64,000 nucleotides of DNA from an uncultured Gammaproteobacteria bacterium (GTDB taxonomy: Bacteria; Pseudomonadota; Gammaproteobacteria; GCA-002705445; GCA-002716945). The stretch is from NCBI GenBank assembly GCA_902535975.1, contig CACAVP010000004.1, positions 1,719-65,718 on the forward strand, written 5' to 3'. A model generated the notes under the pieces. The model saw only the letters and a list, made by a program, of their open reading frames with translations. It searched no databases and was not told the origin of the DNA. The position numbers were made by a program, and so were the translations under genes. Position 1 is the first letter of the stretch. Each line of letters begins with the position of its first letter. Of this stretch, positions 8,692-17,591 are shown in pieces.

Positions 8692-9360
8692 TTAATTCAA
8701 ATTGAAAGTAGTTGTTACTTTATTTTTTATACTTTTTTTCAAGTTACTTGCAGGCTTATTTTTAACAATCCACTCGTCAGTTTTAGTATTATATATCATT
8801 TGATTACCTTTTATCTTCTGCAACTGATCACCCTCTCTGACTGTCCTTTCTGCATCACTTAATATTGTAATTAGGCCTATATCAAGATCGGCAGATAAGC
8901 CATTTCCTGTTGTAGTTGAATCAGATGTTATTATTGTTACATCCTGATCTGTCTCAATTAAGTCCTTCGATAGGTAAAATATAGCATATGATGTATATAA
9001 TTTTATGACATTACCATTGGAAGAGTTTTTTCTATTTACTGAGACATTGCTTTTCAGATATATCTCACTCATTTCCCCAGTAGGATCAATAGCTGTTTCA
9101 GAGCTTATATTAGTTATCAAATTAGTATTAAACATTTTTAATTTTGGATTTTTTATAAATGTATAGTTGTCATCATACTTTTCCAAATATAATCCAGCCA
9201 AACTCCATTTAGTTGACATATCAGTATCTATATTTTTTGATGAGAAGTTGTGTATCTTATTTTTTAATTTTCTCTGTTCAGTTACGTCACTCGCCAGCAC
9301 ATATAAATTAGTAGTTAGCAACAGACAGAAAAAACAATAAATTAAATTAAACTTTTTCAT
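8692..9360 (-). CDS. OstA-like LPS-transport periplasmic protein: LptC-like body with an LptA-like C-terminal tail
   Basis: I moved the start to ATG 9360 (MKKFNLIYCFFCLLLTTNLYVLA..., an anchor or signal peptide). The LptC-like core includes IYLKSNVSV and DVTIITSDSTTTGNGLSADLDIGLITILSD. The tail IKGNQMIYNTKTDEW...NKVTTTF resembles the E. coli LptA C-terminus as I remember it. It is the only gene between kdsC and lptB. Confidence 0.65.
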   Translation of the reverse strand: MKKFNLIYCFFCLLLTTNLYVLASDVTEQRKLKNKIHNFSSKNIDTDMSTKWSLAGLYLEKYDDNYTFIKNPKLKMFNTNLITNISSETAIDPTGEMSEIYLKSNVSVNRKNSSNGNVIKLYTSYAIFYLSKDLIETDQDVTIITSDSTTTGNGLSADLDIGLITILSDAERTVREGDQLQKIKGNQMIYNTKTDEWIVKNKPASNLKKSIKNKVTTTFNLN

Positions 9361-9886
9361 TGAGTGTCTTTGAGAAATATATGAGATCACATACATCTCT
9401 TATTGCCCCATAACCACCATGCCTTTTAGTTACCCAATCGAATTTTTTGATATCGATTGTAGGATTAGTATTTGGAACTACCACTGACATCCCAACGCTA
9501 CTAAGAATTTCAACATCCACTGTATCATCCCCAACAAAACATACTTTTTCTAGAGGAATAGATATCTTCTGATCATAAAACGACTTAAGTTTATTCCTGC
9601 TGCCCTGAATAACATACTTGATATCTAATTCCTTTGCACGGTGATTCACAGACGCAGATTGTCTTCCTGAGATAATCATTATTTCTATTCCTATTGACTG
9701 AAGTATTTTTATGCCATGGCCATCTTGAGCAAAAAACTTCTTGAGTTCATTGCCTTCATGATCATAATATAGCCCACCATCTGTTAGCACCCCATCTACA
9801 TCAAAAGCTAGTAACTCTATCTGTTTAGCTTTTTTTATTAAATCATCAGGATAATTTGATTTTAAAAAATTTTGATCTCTAGTCAT
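9347..9886 (-). CDS. kdsC: 3-deoxy-D-manno-octulosonate 8-phosphate phosphatase (HAD family)
   Basis: The 179-aa product has the HAD motif I FDVDGVLTDG and the C-terminal motif GDDTVD. Its kdsD-kdsC position is conserved. Confidence 0.9.
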   Translation of the reverse strand: MTRDQNFLKSNYPDDLIKKAKQIELLAFDVDGVLTDGGLYYDHEGNELKKFFAQDGHGIKILQSIGIEIMIISGRQSASVNHRAKELDIKYVIQGSRNKLKSFYDQKISIPLEKVCFVGDDTVDVEILSSVGMSVVVPNTNPTIDIKKFDWVTKRHGGYGAIRDVCDLIYFSKTLNEKV

Positions 9887-9887
9887 G

Positions 9888-10850
9888 TTAGTTAATTGAT
9901 TTGATTATATCTTTGAGCGTGAGTATTCCTATTACTTTATTTTTATCGACGACTGGTAAAGCATTTATACTATTATCCTCCATTACAGAGAGCGCTTCTG
10001 CGGCTAACATGGTAGGACCTACTATGACAGGTGTTTTGGTCATTACTGATTTAATCTCAATAGATTCAGAACTTTTATTTTCTTTCATGATTCTTTTAAT
10101 GTCACCATCAGAAATAACACCTATCAATTTTTTTTTGTCGTCTATTATTATCGCTAGACCAAGATTACATTTTGATGTTTTTTCTAGCAATTTTGAAAAC
10201 TTCGAGCTTATGCTTATAATTGGTATATTTTTCTTTATCATTATGTTCGAAACAGTCACCATTAACCTTTTTCCTAATGCACCTTCTGGATGAGTTTTTG
10301 CAAAATCCTTTATTGTAAAGTTATTCTGAGAGGAAATTGCTAATGCTAGGGCATCTGATATAGCCAGAGCACAAATGATACTGGATGTAGGTGCTAAATT
10401 ATGTGGACATGCTTCTCTTGTGACTGATGCATCAAGAGAAATTTTAGAGTACCGAGCTAAAGATGAAGATAAATTGCCAGTTATTGATATTATGCAGCAC
10501 TTCAATAATTTCAACAAAGGTAATAGTTTAATAATTTCTTGAGTTTCGCCTGAATTAGAATAGATTATAACTATGTCATTCTTTTTTATTACTCCAACAT
10601 CTCCATGCAGAGCATCCAGTGGATGAAGAAATAGTGCTGCAGTACCTGTGCTACTTAATGTAGCTGCCATCTTCATTGCAATAAAACTAGATTTCCCGAC
10701 ACCTAATGTGATTACTTTACCCTTATTTAATAGAATAGCTTCACACGCTCTCTCAAAATTACTGTCTAATAATTTAGCTGTTCTTTTAAGTGCAGCAATT
10801 TCTCTGTTTAAGATGTCCTTAGCGAGCTGTGTATTTGATTTTTTATTCAT
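9888..10850 (-). CDS. kdsD: Arabinose-5-phosphate isomerase (SIS plus tandem CBS domains)
   Basis: The 320-aa product has the SIS motifs GVGKSSFIAMKMAATLSSTG and YSNSGET, followed by C-terminal CBS repeats. Confidence 0.9.
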   Translation of the reverse strand: MNKKSNTQLAKDILNREIAALKRTAKLLDSNFERACEAILLNKGKVITLGVGKSSFIAMKMAATLSSTGTAALFLHPLDALHGDVGVIKKNDIVIIYSNSGETQEIIKLLPLLKLLKCCIISITGNLSSSLARYSKISLDASVTREACPHNLAPTSSIICALAISDALALAISSQNNFTIKDFAKTHPEGALGKRLMVTVSNIMIKKNIPIISISSKFSKLLEKTSKCNLGLAIIIDDKKKLIGVISDGDIKRIMKENKSSESIEIKSVMTKTPVIVGPTMLAAEALSVMEDNSINALPVVDKNKVIGILTLKDIIKSIN

Positions 10851-10852
10851 AT

Positions 10853-11788
10853 CTACTGAAATATAAAAAATATATATACGATGTATGTTATTACTAATAT
10901 GCTGGAGTATAAAGTTTTTATGAGTGTTTTATCAGATTTAATTATTATGAAGAAAAAAATAGACACTATCAGTAAAAGTACAATATCTCTAATAAATTCT
11001 GTTTCGTTTACAACAGCTGAATTTATAAGTCCTGCTAGACTTGCTGCGATTGCTATATTGAAAATATTTGAACCAATTATGTTACCTATGATGAAGTCAG
11101 TTCTACCTTTTCTAGCGGACTGAATACTGGTTGCAAGTTCAGGCAGACTAGTTCCCAATGCTGTGAGCGTTAATCCAATAGTATAGCTACTTATACCAAA
11201 GAGAACTGCTACTTGAGTTGCTCCATCAATAAAATAAATTGAACCATAAATTAACATTAAAAATCCAGATATCGACAATAGACTAATCCTTAGTACACTT
11301 AATTTCTTAGAATTTTCTTCATGGTATAAATCTGTGTGATGCTCTTCTTTGTCTAAGAAAAATAATATTACTAAAAATACTATAAGCAAGATTAGCGCAT
11401 CAATAGCATCAAATAAATTATCAAACAAAATAAGTATAAATAAACTTAACGTCAAGATAATCATACCAGTGTATATATTTTTAGGTAAAACCATCACTCT
11501 ATCTTTTTGTTTAATAAAAAAAACAGATAAACAAAAAACCAGAGCAATATTAGATATATTCGAACCAATTGAATTACCAATAGCAATGATAGCCTTATTT
11601 TGAAGAGCAGACTCAATGGAAATAAATATTTCAGGTGCAGATGTTGCAACGCCGATCATAAAAAAACTAGCAATCAATCCGGAGATTGAATATGCAGACG
11701 AAAATCGCTCAGTTGCTGTGACTAGTAGATTTGATCCAAATAATAGTAGCGCCAATCCCAGAACTAAAAATAATGCGGATCCTATCAT
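10853..11788 (-). CDS. yrbG: Ca2+/Na+ antiporter family (CaCA) inner-membrane protein
   Basis: The 311-aa polytopic product has duplicated alpha-repeat motifs (GVATSAPEIF... and GTSLPELATS...GNIIGSNIFN). It sits at the same position as E. coli yrbG, upstream of kdsD. Confidence 0.8.
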   Translation of the reverse strand: MIGSALFLVLGLALLLFGSNLLVTATERFSSAYSISGLIASFFMIGVATSAPEIFISIESALQNKAIIAIGNSIGSNISNIALVFCLSVFFIKQKDRVMVLPKNIYTGMIILTLSLFILILFDNLFDAIDALILLIVFLVILFFLDKEEHHTDLYHEENSKKLSVLRISLLSISGFLMLIYGSIYFIDGATQVAVLFGISSYTIGLTLTALGTSLPELATSIQSARKGRTDFIIGNIIGSNIFNIAIAASLAGLINSAVVNETEFIRDIVLLLIVSIFFFIIIKSDKTLIKTLYSSILVITYIVYIFFIFQ

Positions 11789-11821
11789 GATAGATCGATG
11801 TTAAATGAAATATCTCTGGAT

Positions 11822-12583
11822 TTAATAATTGATTTCAAGAACGTCAATTTCAAAGTCTTGCACGTCTTTGCCATCGGAAACCATTTTTGCTCTTCTCTGC
11901 AGATATGATTCTCTCAAAAAGATATATTTATCTTTGGCAGCTGTATCCAGAATTTTTGTAGCTTTAAGTAGATTCGCCCTTGTATCGATTACATTAGTTG
12001 CTTGAATCGCTTGCCTCTCTTCATGATGTAACTCAGTATGAATAGGTGAAATATCTTTTTCTATCATCACATCAACATAGAAGCCCGGGGCATCTCTAAA
12101 AGAGCTTGGTCCAAAAAAAGGTAAAACTAGATATGGACCAGGTGAGAATCCGTAGTATCCCAGTGTTTGACCGAAATCTTCGCGATGTCTTTGTATGCCC
12201 AGAGTGGTCGCAACATCAAATAAGCCTAAAACTCCAACAGATGAGTTGATAACAAATCTGCTCGTTGATGATATGGTTTTATCGAGTTTCATTTGCAGTG
12301 CACTGTTTATAATTGTGTTGATCTCTCCAAGATTGTTAAAAAAATTACTTACACTATCCTCAACGGGATCAGGTGTGATAAATCTGTAACCCTCAGCTAC
12401 TGGCTCTAGGATGTTATCATCTACCACTTCATTGAAGCCGAAAATGACCCTATTCATAGGCTCTAGGGGATCGTCTTCTGATGCATGTGAAGGGCTTACG
12501 CTCAATAATACGACTAGAGTAATTACAAGTGCTTGCTGCATAGTTGAAAATATAAAAGATTTATTTGATTTACCCTGTAACAT
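11822..12583 (-). CDS. mlaA: MlaA/VacJ-family outer-membrane lipid-asymmetry protein, without a lipobox cysteine
   Basis: The product has DPLEPMNRVIFGFNEVVDDNILEPVAEGYRFITP and the conserved block GPYLVLPFFGPSSFRD. The N-terminal signal ends ...SPSHA/SED and has no Cys. An alternative start is ATG 12541 (MQQALV...). Confidence 0.8.
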   Translation of the reverse strand: MLQGKSNKSFIFSTMQQALVITLVVLLSVSPSHASEDDPLEPMNRVIFGFNEVVDDNILEPVAEGYRFITPDPVEDSVSNFFNNLGEINTIINSALQMKLDKTISSTSRFVINSSVGVLGLFDVATTLGIQRHREDFGQTLGYYGFSPGPYLVLPFFGPSSFRDAPGFYVDVMIEKDISPIHTELHHEERQAIQATNVIDTRANLLKATKILDTAAKDKYIFLRESYLQRRAKMVSDGKDVQDFEIDVLEINY

Positions 12584-12613
12584 AATTGTTGATTATATAC
12601 TAAAATAGACCTC

Positions 12614-13195
12614 ATGATTAAAAAAACATCACTTTTGCTGGCATTTTTATTAATTACAAATGTTGCGTTTTCAAATGATACGCCTGATGGATTTTTAAAA
12701 GATTCTGTTGAAGAGATTTCTCTTCTTGTTAGCAAATATAAAGATAGATTTGAGAATGATGAGGAATTTCTTAGAGATAAAATGAATTCATCTGTAATGC
12801 CAAAACTTGACATTAAACTTATGTCAAAAATTATACTCGGTAAAAAAATATGGACAAACTTAACAACAAGCCAAAAAGACGACTTCGTTGAAGCATTTAA
12901 ATATAGGATGACTAGTACATATATGAAATCTATCACAGCATTCGATGGAGAAAAGGTCGTTTTTTTGCCTTATGAGCCAGGTAAAAAAGAAAATATCGCG
13001 TATGTAAAGTCAAAGTATTTAATTCCTGGAGGGGACATTGCCGTTGATTACAGATTGATAAAAAAAACTGATGGTTGGAAAGTTTATGATATTATTTTTG
13101 ATGGTATAAGCCTGATGAAAAATTACAGAGCAGACTTTCGAGAACATATATCACAAAGTGGCATTGACTCATTAATAACCTCGCTCAAGGAATAG
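12614..13195 (+). CDS. mlaC: MlaC/Ttg2D-family periplasmic phospholipid-binding protein
   Basis: The 193-aa product has the signal peptide MIKKTSLLLAFLLITNVAFS. Family pattern: LDIKLMSKIILGKKIW..LT..QK.DF..AF, then WKVYDIIFDGISLMKNYRADF. Confidence 0.8.
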   Translation: MIKKTSLLLAFLLITNVAFSNDTPDGFLKDSVEEISLLVSKYKDRFENDEEFLRDKMNSSVMPKLDIKLMSKIILGKKIWTNLTTSQKDDFVEAFKYRMTSTYMKSITAFDGEKVVFLPYEPGKKENIAYVKSKYLIPGGDIAVDYRLIKKTDGWKVYDIIFDGISLMKNYRADFREHISQSGIDSLITSLKE

Positions 13196-13204
13196 CAAGT
13201 TTCA

Positions 13205-15658
13205 CTAAAGAGGTTTCATAGAAATTAGTAACCTAGGGAGTAAAGTTAGCACCAGTAGAAGTGCTACAAGCATTGCGAGTCCTGTTAAAGTCCCAAATAT
13301 GATTGTTGGTATGAAATTTGACAGGATAAGAATAGAGAAACCAAATATCACTGTAATACCTGTAAAGAATATTGCTCTTCCGATGCTTGAATGACATATT
13401 TTTACTGTATCTTCATAAGTCTCAACGCTTTGAAATTCCTCTTTAAAGCGATATAAGTAGTGAATACTATTATCTACCGCAATTCCAACCGTAATTGCAG
13501 CGATTGTGATAGTCATCATATCTAATGGTAAATTTATAATGCCCATTATTCCAAGAACTAGCAGTGCAGATAGAAGATTAGGAATTATACCGATAACCAT
13601 TAGCTTGAAAGATCTGAATAATATTAAAAACATTGATGCAATAATAAGCATCACAAAGCCAAGAGATTTTATTTGAGAATCAAATAGGCTTTGAAGCATA
13701 TTGTTGTAGAGCAATAGTATTCCAGTGATTGTTATAGTCTCTGATTTGAGATAAGCATCATTTGTAAGATCAGTCCTAATCTTTTCAATAAGATCAGCCC
13801 GTCTCAAATTTTGATTTGAATCCAATATTCTTACATTAATTCTTGCCTCGTTATCTTTGATAGATAAGTATGGATTCACCGCAATATCCTTTACTTCTGC
13901 GGGGAGTTGTTTGTAAAGAAGGGACATCTCTAGACTATTAAGTTCTTTATCATCATTGACAATTTCAGCAACTCGTATTGATGAAGCGAGAGATAAAACT
14001 TTACCTATATACTCATTATCATTTAGATAATCATGCACATACTTAATTTTGTTAATTTTTTCAGTTGTAAACCAATTCGACTCATTCGACTCCTCAGTAT
14101 CTCCTAATAATTCATTAAACTCCTCCTCATCCTCGCTAGCTTCGGAGTCAGGAAATTTTATTATAATATCCATTGGTGTAGTTCCACCCAGTTGATTATC
14201 AATGAGCTTCATGCCCTTGTGTATTTCAGTGTCTGACCTGAAATAATTAATAAAGCTATTCTCAACTTTGAGATGAGTTAAGCCATATAAAGTGATGACA
14301 GATATCACAGCAACAATAGCATAAATATGTTTACCAAACTTAAGTGCAACATTTGATAGTGAATCAACAATGTAACTTTTTGTTTGTTCATTGTTTACAA
14401 TAGAATTATCATTATTTGAGAAAAGTAGTATAAAACAGGGCAGTAACGTGAATGAAGTTAAAAATAACGAAGTAAGACCTATGACCATCATATAACCAAA
14501 ATCTATAACAGGCTTGATATCACTAAATACTAATGATGCAAAGGCCACTATAGTTGTAAGCGCAGTATATAAGCATGGCCATATCATTTTCTTTGTGGTT
14601 TCATGGATTGAATAAAACTTATCACCATCTCCTGAAGAGAAAATCTGTCTGTACCTGACGATTATGTGAATGTTCATGGATAAAGTAAGAATCAACATTA
14701 GCGAGATGAAATTAGATGATATTACTGTTACTTTCCAGTCCAAATATCCAAGTAATCCAATCATGAACAATACAGCATAAAGGCAATTAACTATTGGCGC
14801 TGTAACCCAAATAAACTTTCTAAAGATTATAACTAAAGTAACAAGAATAAATAAAAGAACCCCGAAACCAAAGTTTATTAAATCATTTTTTATGAAAGTA
14901 ATCATGTCATCAGTGATCATTGGAATTCCACCCAACCTTATTTCATATCTATCATCTGAATAAGAGCTTTGAACTTTTCGGATTTCTTCAATCAAAAGTT
15001 TTATCTTTAGTTTTTCTTTCTCAGCCAGATTTTGATATTTGATTTTTGCTAATGAATACTGGTTCTCAAAACTTTGATCTTCTCTATATTTTTCAAAAAG
15101 TAAATTCCTTTGCTTTAATGCATTTAGCAAGCTCTCGTTTTTTTTGATTACAAGCTGCATAGCAGTGGTTTTAGCATCAGAACTAATGATCAGATCTTTA
15201 TATATCGGACTTGTGAGTATTTCCTCTTTAGCACGACTTCTATCTATATCTGCACTTAGAATATTTGGAATATCATTTATCAATTCAGTAAGTGGCTTTT
15301 CAGAACTTGTTACTAAAGGAATATTTGTTATGGATGTAACAGAATCTATATTCTCAATTGTTCTTATTTCTTTAGAAAGTGTATCTATCAATCGAAGCGT
15401 ATCAGAAGAAAATATATTTTTGTTTTTATCAGTGAGAGTCAAGATCATGAAATCTGATGACTGATATCTTTCAGATACATCACGAAAAATTTTTAGATCG
15501 CGGTCATCTTCCAGGATGAGCGTGTCCGCGGATGCATCTAATGTAAAATTTTTAATATTAATTGCGGATATCGCGAGTATAATAGCTAAAAAAAATAGTA
15601 CTATAACTGGATGACCAAGTAAGTATTGCCCATAAATAGATGATATTTTTTTAATCAT
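13205..15658 (-). CDS. RND-superfamily exporter, MMPL/COG1033 (HpnN-like) type
   Basis: The 817-aa product has an N-terminal TM helix and a ~230-aa soluble loop, then a hydrophobic block at about aa 250-420. A second soluble loop is followed by a second hydrophobic block at about aa 640-815. This is the 2x(1+5 TM) RND architecture. It is convergent with mlaC across a 9-bp gap and divergent from murA. Confidence 0.8.
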   Translation of the reverse strand: MIKKISSIYGQYLLGHPVIVLFFLAIILAISAINIKNFTLDASADTLILEDDRDLKIFRDVSERYQSSDFMILTLTDKNKNIFSSDTLRLIDTLSKEIRTIENIDSVTSITNIPLVTSSEKPLTELINDIPNILSADIDRSRAKEEILTSPIYKDLIISSDAKTTAMQLVIKKNESLLNALKQRNLLFEKYREDQSFENQYSLAKIKYQNLAEKEKLKIKLLIEEIRKVQSSYSDDRYEIRLGGIPMITDDMITFIKNDLINFGFGVLLFILVTLVIIFRKFIWVTAPIVNCLYAVLFMIGLLGYLDWKVTVISSNFISLMLILTLSMNIHIIVRYRQIFSSGDGDKFYSIHETTKKMIWPCLYTALTTIVAFASLVFSDIKPVIDFGYMMVIGLTSLFLTSFTLLPCFILLFSNNDNSIVNNEQTKSYIVDSLSNVALKFGKHIYAIVAVISVITLYGLTHLKVENSFINYFRSDTEIHKGMKLIDNQLGGTTPMDIIIKFPDSEASEDEEEFNELLGDTEESNESNWFTTEKINKIKYVHDYLNDNEYIGKVLSLASSIRVAEIVNDDKELNSLEMSLLYKQLPAEVKDIAVNPYLSIKDNEARINVRILDSNQNLRRADLIEKIRTDLTNDAYLKSETITITGILLLYNNMLQSLFDSQIKSLGFVMLIIASMFLILFRSFKLMVIGIIPNLLSALLVLGIMGIINLPLDMMTITIAAITVGIAVDNSIHYLYRFKEEFQSVETYEDTVKICHSSIGRAIFFTGITVIFGFSILILSNFIPTIIFGTLTGLAMLVALLLVLTLLPRLLISMKPL

Positions 15659-15711
15659 AGCATTATTGAGTATAAACTTTTAAAATACCGAAACAAACTT
15701 AAAAAATATCT

Positions 15712-16971
15712 ATGGATAAACTATTAATAGATGGGCAACAACCACTATCTGGCTCAGTTAGAATTTCTGGGGCAAAGAACTCTGTCCTACCTATGTTATG
15801 TGCCTCAGTAATGGTTTCTGATGGCCAAGTTGAACTTGAGAATGTTCCTCATCTTCAAGACGTCACCACCACAACGAGACTATTAACTCAAATGGGCATC
15901 AGTGTCACTATGGACGAGTTTATGGATATTAGTTTGGATCCATCAACTATTCATAATTTATATGCACCTTATGAACTTGTAAAAACAATGCGATCCTCAA
16001 TTCTTGTTCTTGGTCCACTATTGGCTAAGTATGGCGAGGCCAAAGTGTCTTTACCTGGCGGATGTGCGATTGGAATGAGACCAGTCGATATGCACTTAGA
16101 TGCTCTCCAAAGGATGGGAGCAAGCGTGTCTGTTGAGAATGGTTACATTACAGCAAAGGTGAAAAAATTAAAAGGTGCTGAGATTATTTTCCCGCGTAAG
16201 TCTGTAACTGGAACGGAGAATATTATTATGGCTGCAACGCTGGCAAAAGGTACAACTACAATTAAAAATGCTGCCAGTGAGCCTGAGATCTCAGATTTGT
16301 GTCTCTTTTTAAATAAAATGGGGGCTAAAGTAAGTGGCTTTGGTAGTGATGAAGTTACAATTCATGGCGTGAATTCGCTCAAGGGTACTAGACATAAACC
16401 ATTGCCTGACAGAATTGAAGCTGGGACATTTATGGTGGCGGCGGCAATTACACGAGGTGACATCGAAATAAATAATATTGTACCTGAGCATAGTAGAGCT
16501 GTCATAGACAAACTGATCCAGTCAGGTGCTGAGATAAAAATACTTAAAGATTCTGTTAGGGTAAAGATGAAAAAAAGACCAAAGGCGATAAACATTGAAA
16601 CGAATGCATATCCTTTTTTTCCCACAGATATGCAAGCTCAAATGACCGCATTAAATTGCATTGCAGACGGAGACAGCTCTGTGAAAGAAAATATTTTTGA
16701 AAATAGATTTATGCATGCACAAGAACTCGTAAGAATGGGAGCAAAAATAAGAGTTCATGACAATATTGCAGAGATATCTGGTAGCAAAGAGTTACTCGGT
16801 GCACCTGTCATGGCAACTGATCTGAGGGCTTCTGCGAGTTTAATTTTAGCAGGTCTTGCTGCAAAAGGTACGACAGAGATTGGTCGGGTTTATCATATCG
16901 ATAGAGGGTATGACTGTATTGAAGAAAAACTTCAGTTAATTGGTGCTAGGATTTCAAGAAAACCTATGTAA
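15712..16971 (+). CDS. murA: UDP-N-acetylglucosamine 1-carboxyvinyltransferase
   Basis: The 419-aa product has ISGAKNSVLPML, the active-site Cys in LPGGCAIGMRPVD, and HIDRGY near the C-terminus. Confidence 0.95.
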   Translation: MDKLLIDGQQPLSGSVRISGAKNSVLPMLCASVMVSDGQVELENVPHLQDVTTTTRLLTQMGISVTMDEFMDISLDPSTIHNLYAPYELVKTMRSSILVLGPLLAKYGEAKVSLPGGCAIGMRPVDMHLDALQRMGASVSVENGYITAKVKKLKGAEIIFPRKSVTGTENIIMAATLAKGTTTIKNAASEPEISDLCLFLNKMGAKVSGFGSDEVTIHGVNSLKGTRHKPLPDRIEAGTFMVAAAITRGDIEINNIVPEHSRAVIDKLIQSGAEIKILKDSVRVKMKKRPKAINIETNAYPFFPTDMQAQMTALNCIADGDSSVKENIFENRFMHAQELVRMGAKIRVHDNIAEISGSKELLGAPVMATDLRASASLILAGLAAKGTTEIGRVYHIDRGYDCIEEKLQLIGARISRKPM

Positions 16972-16982
16972 AATGCATATCC

Positions 16983-17591
16983 ATGATTAGATTAGCTATA
17001 TCCAAAGGAAGAATCTTAGAGGAAGCGGTAAAGATACTCGAAAAAGTGAATATTTTGTGCCAAGTAGACCCCTTGAATACTCGTAAGTTGATTATTCCCA
17101 CAAATATAGACAATTTAGAGGTAATTGTTGTTAAAGCTTCTGACGTGCCAGTATATATTGACTCCGGAAAAATTGATCTAGGAATTGTCGGTGTAGACAC
17201 CTTGATGGAAGATGATAAGAACAATCATTTTCGCTTGTGTGACATGACTATCTCAAAATGTAAATTAGTTGTAGCTGGAAAGGCTAAAACCAAATATTTC
17301 AACAATATGAAAGTTGCTACAAAATACCCAAATATTGCGAAAAAATATTTTGAGCATGTTGGTCTTCAGTGTTCAATTTTAGAATTGTATGGCTCAATTG
17401 AATTAGCTCCCGTTTTAGGATTATCTGATTTTATTGTTGATATTGTGGAGACCGGAAAGACACTAAAAGAGAACGGGCTAAGAGAGCATGATATGATAGC
17501 AAATGTATCATCTTTATTAATAGCAAATAAAGTCTCCTATAAACTCAAAAGAAAAGAAATTGAATCAATTATCGGTAGAATAAAATTATGA
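16983..17591 (+). CDS. hisG: ATP phosphoribosyltransferase, short form
   Basis: The 202-aa product starts MIRLAISKGRILEEA and has DLGIVG.D, ATKYPNIAKKYF and DIVETGKTLKENGL. It lacks the C-terminal regulatory domain. Confidence 0.9.
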   Translation: MIRLAISKGRILEEAVKILEKVNILCQVDPLNTRKLIIPTNIDNLEVIVVKASDVPVYIDSGKIDLGIVGVDTLMEDDKNNHFRLCDMTISKCKLVVAGKAKTKYFNNMKVATKYPNIAKKYFEHVGLQCSILELYGSIELAPVLGLSDFIVDIVETGKTLKENGLREHDMIANVSSLLIANKVSYKLKRKEIESIIGRIKL

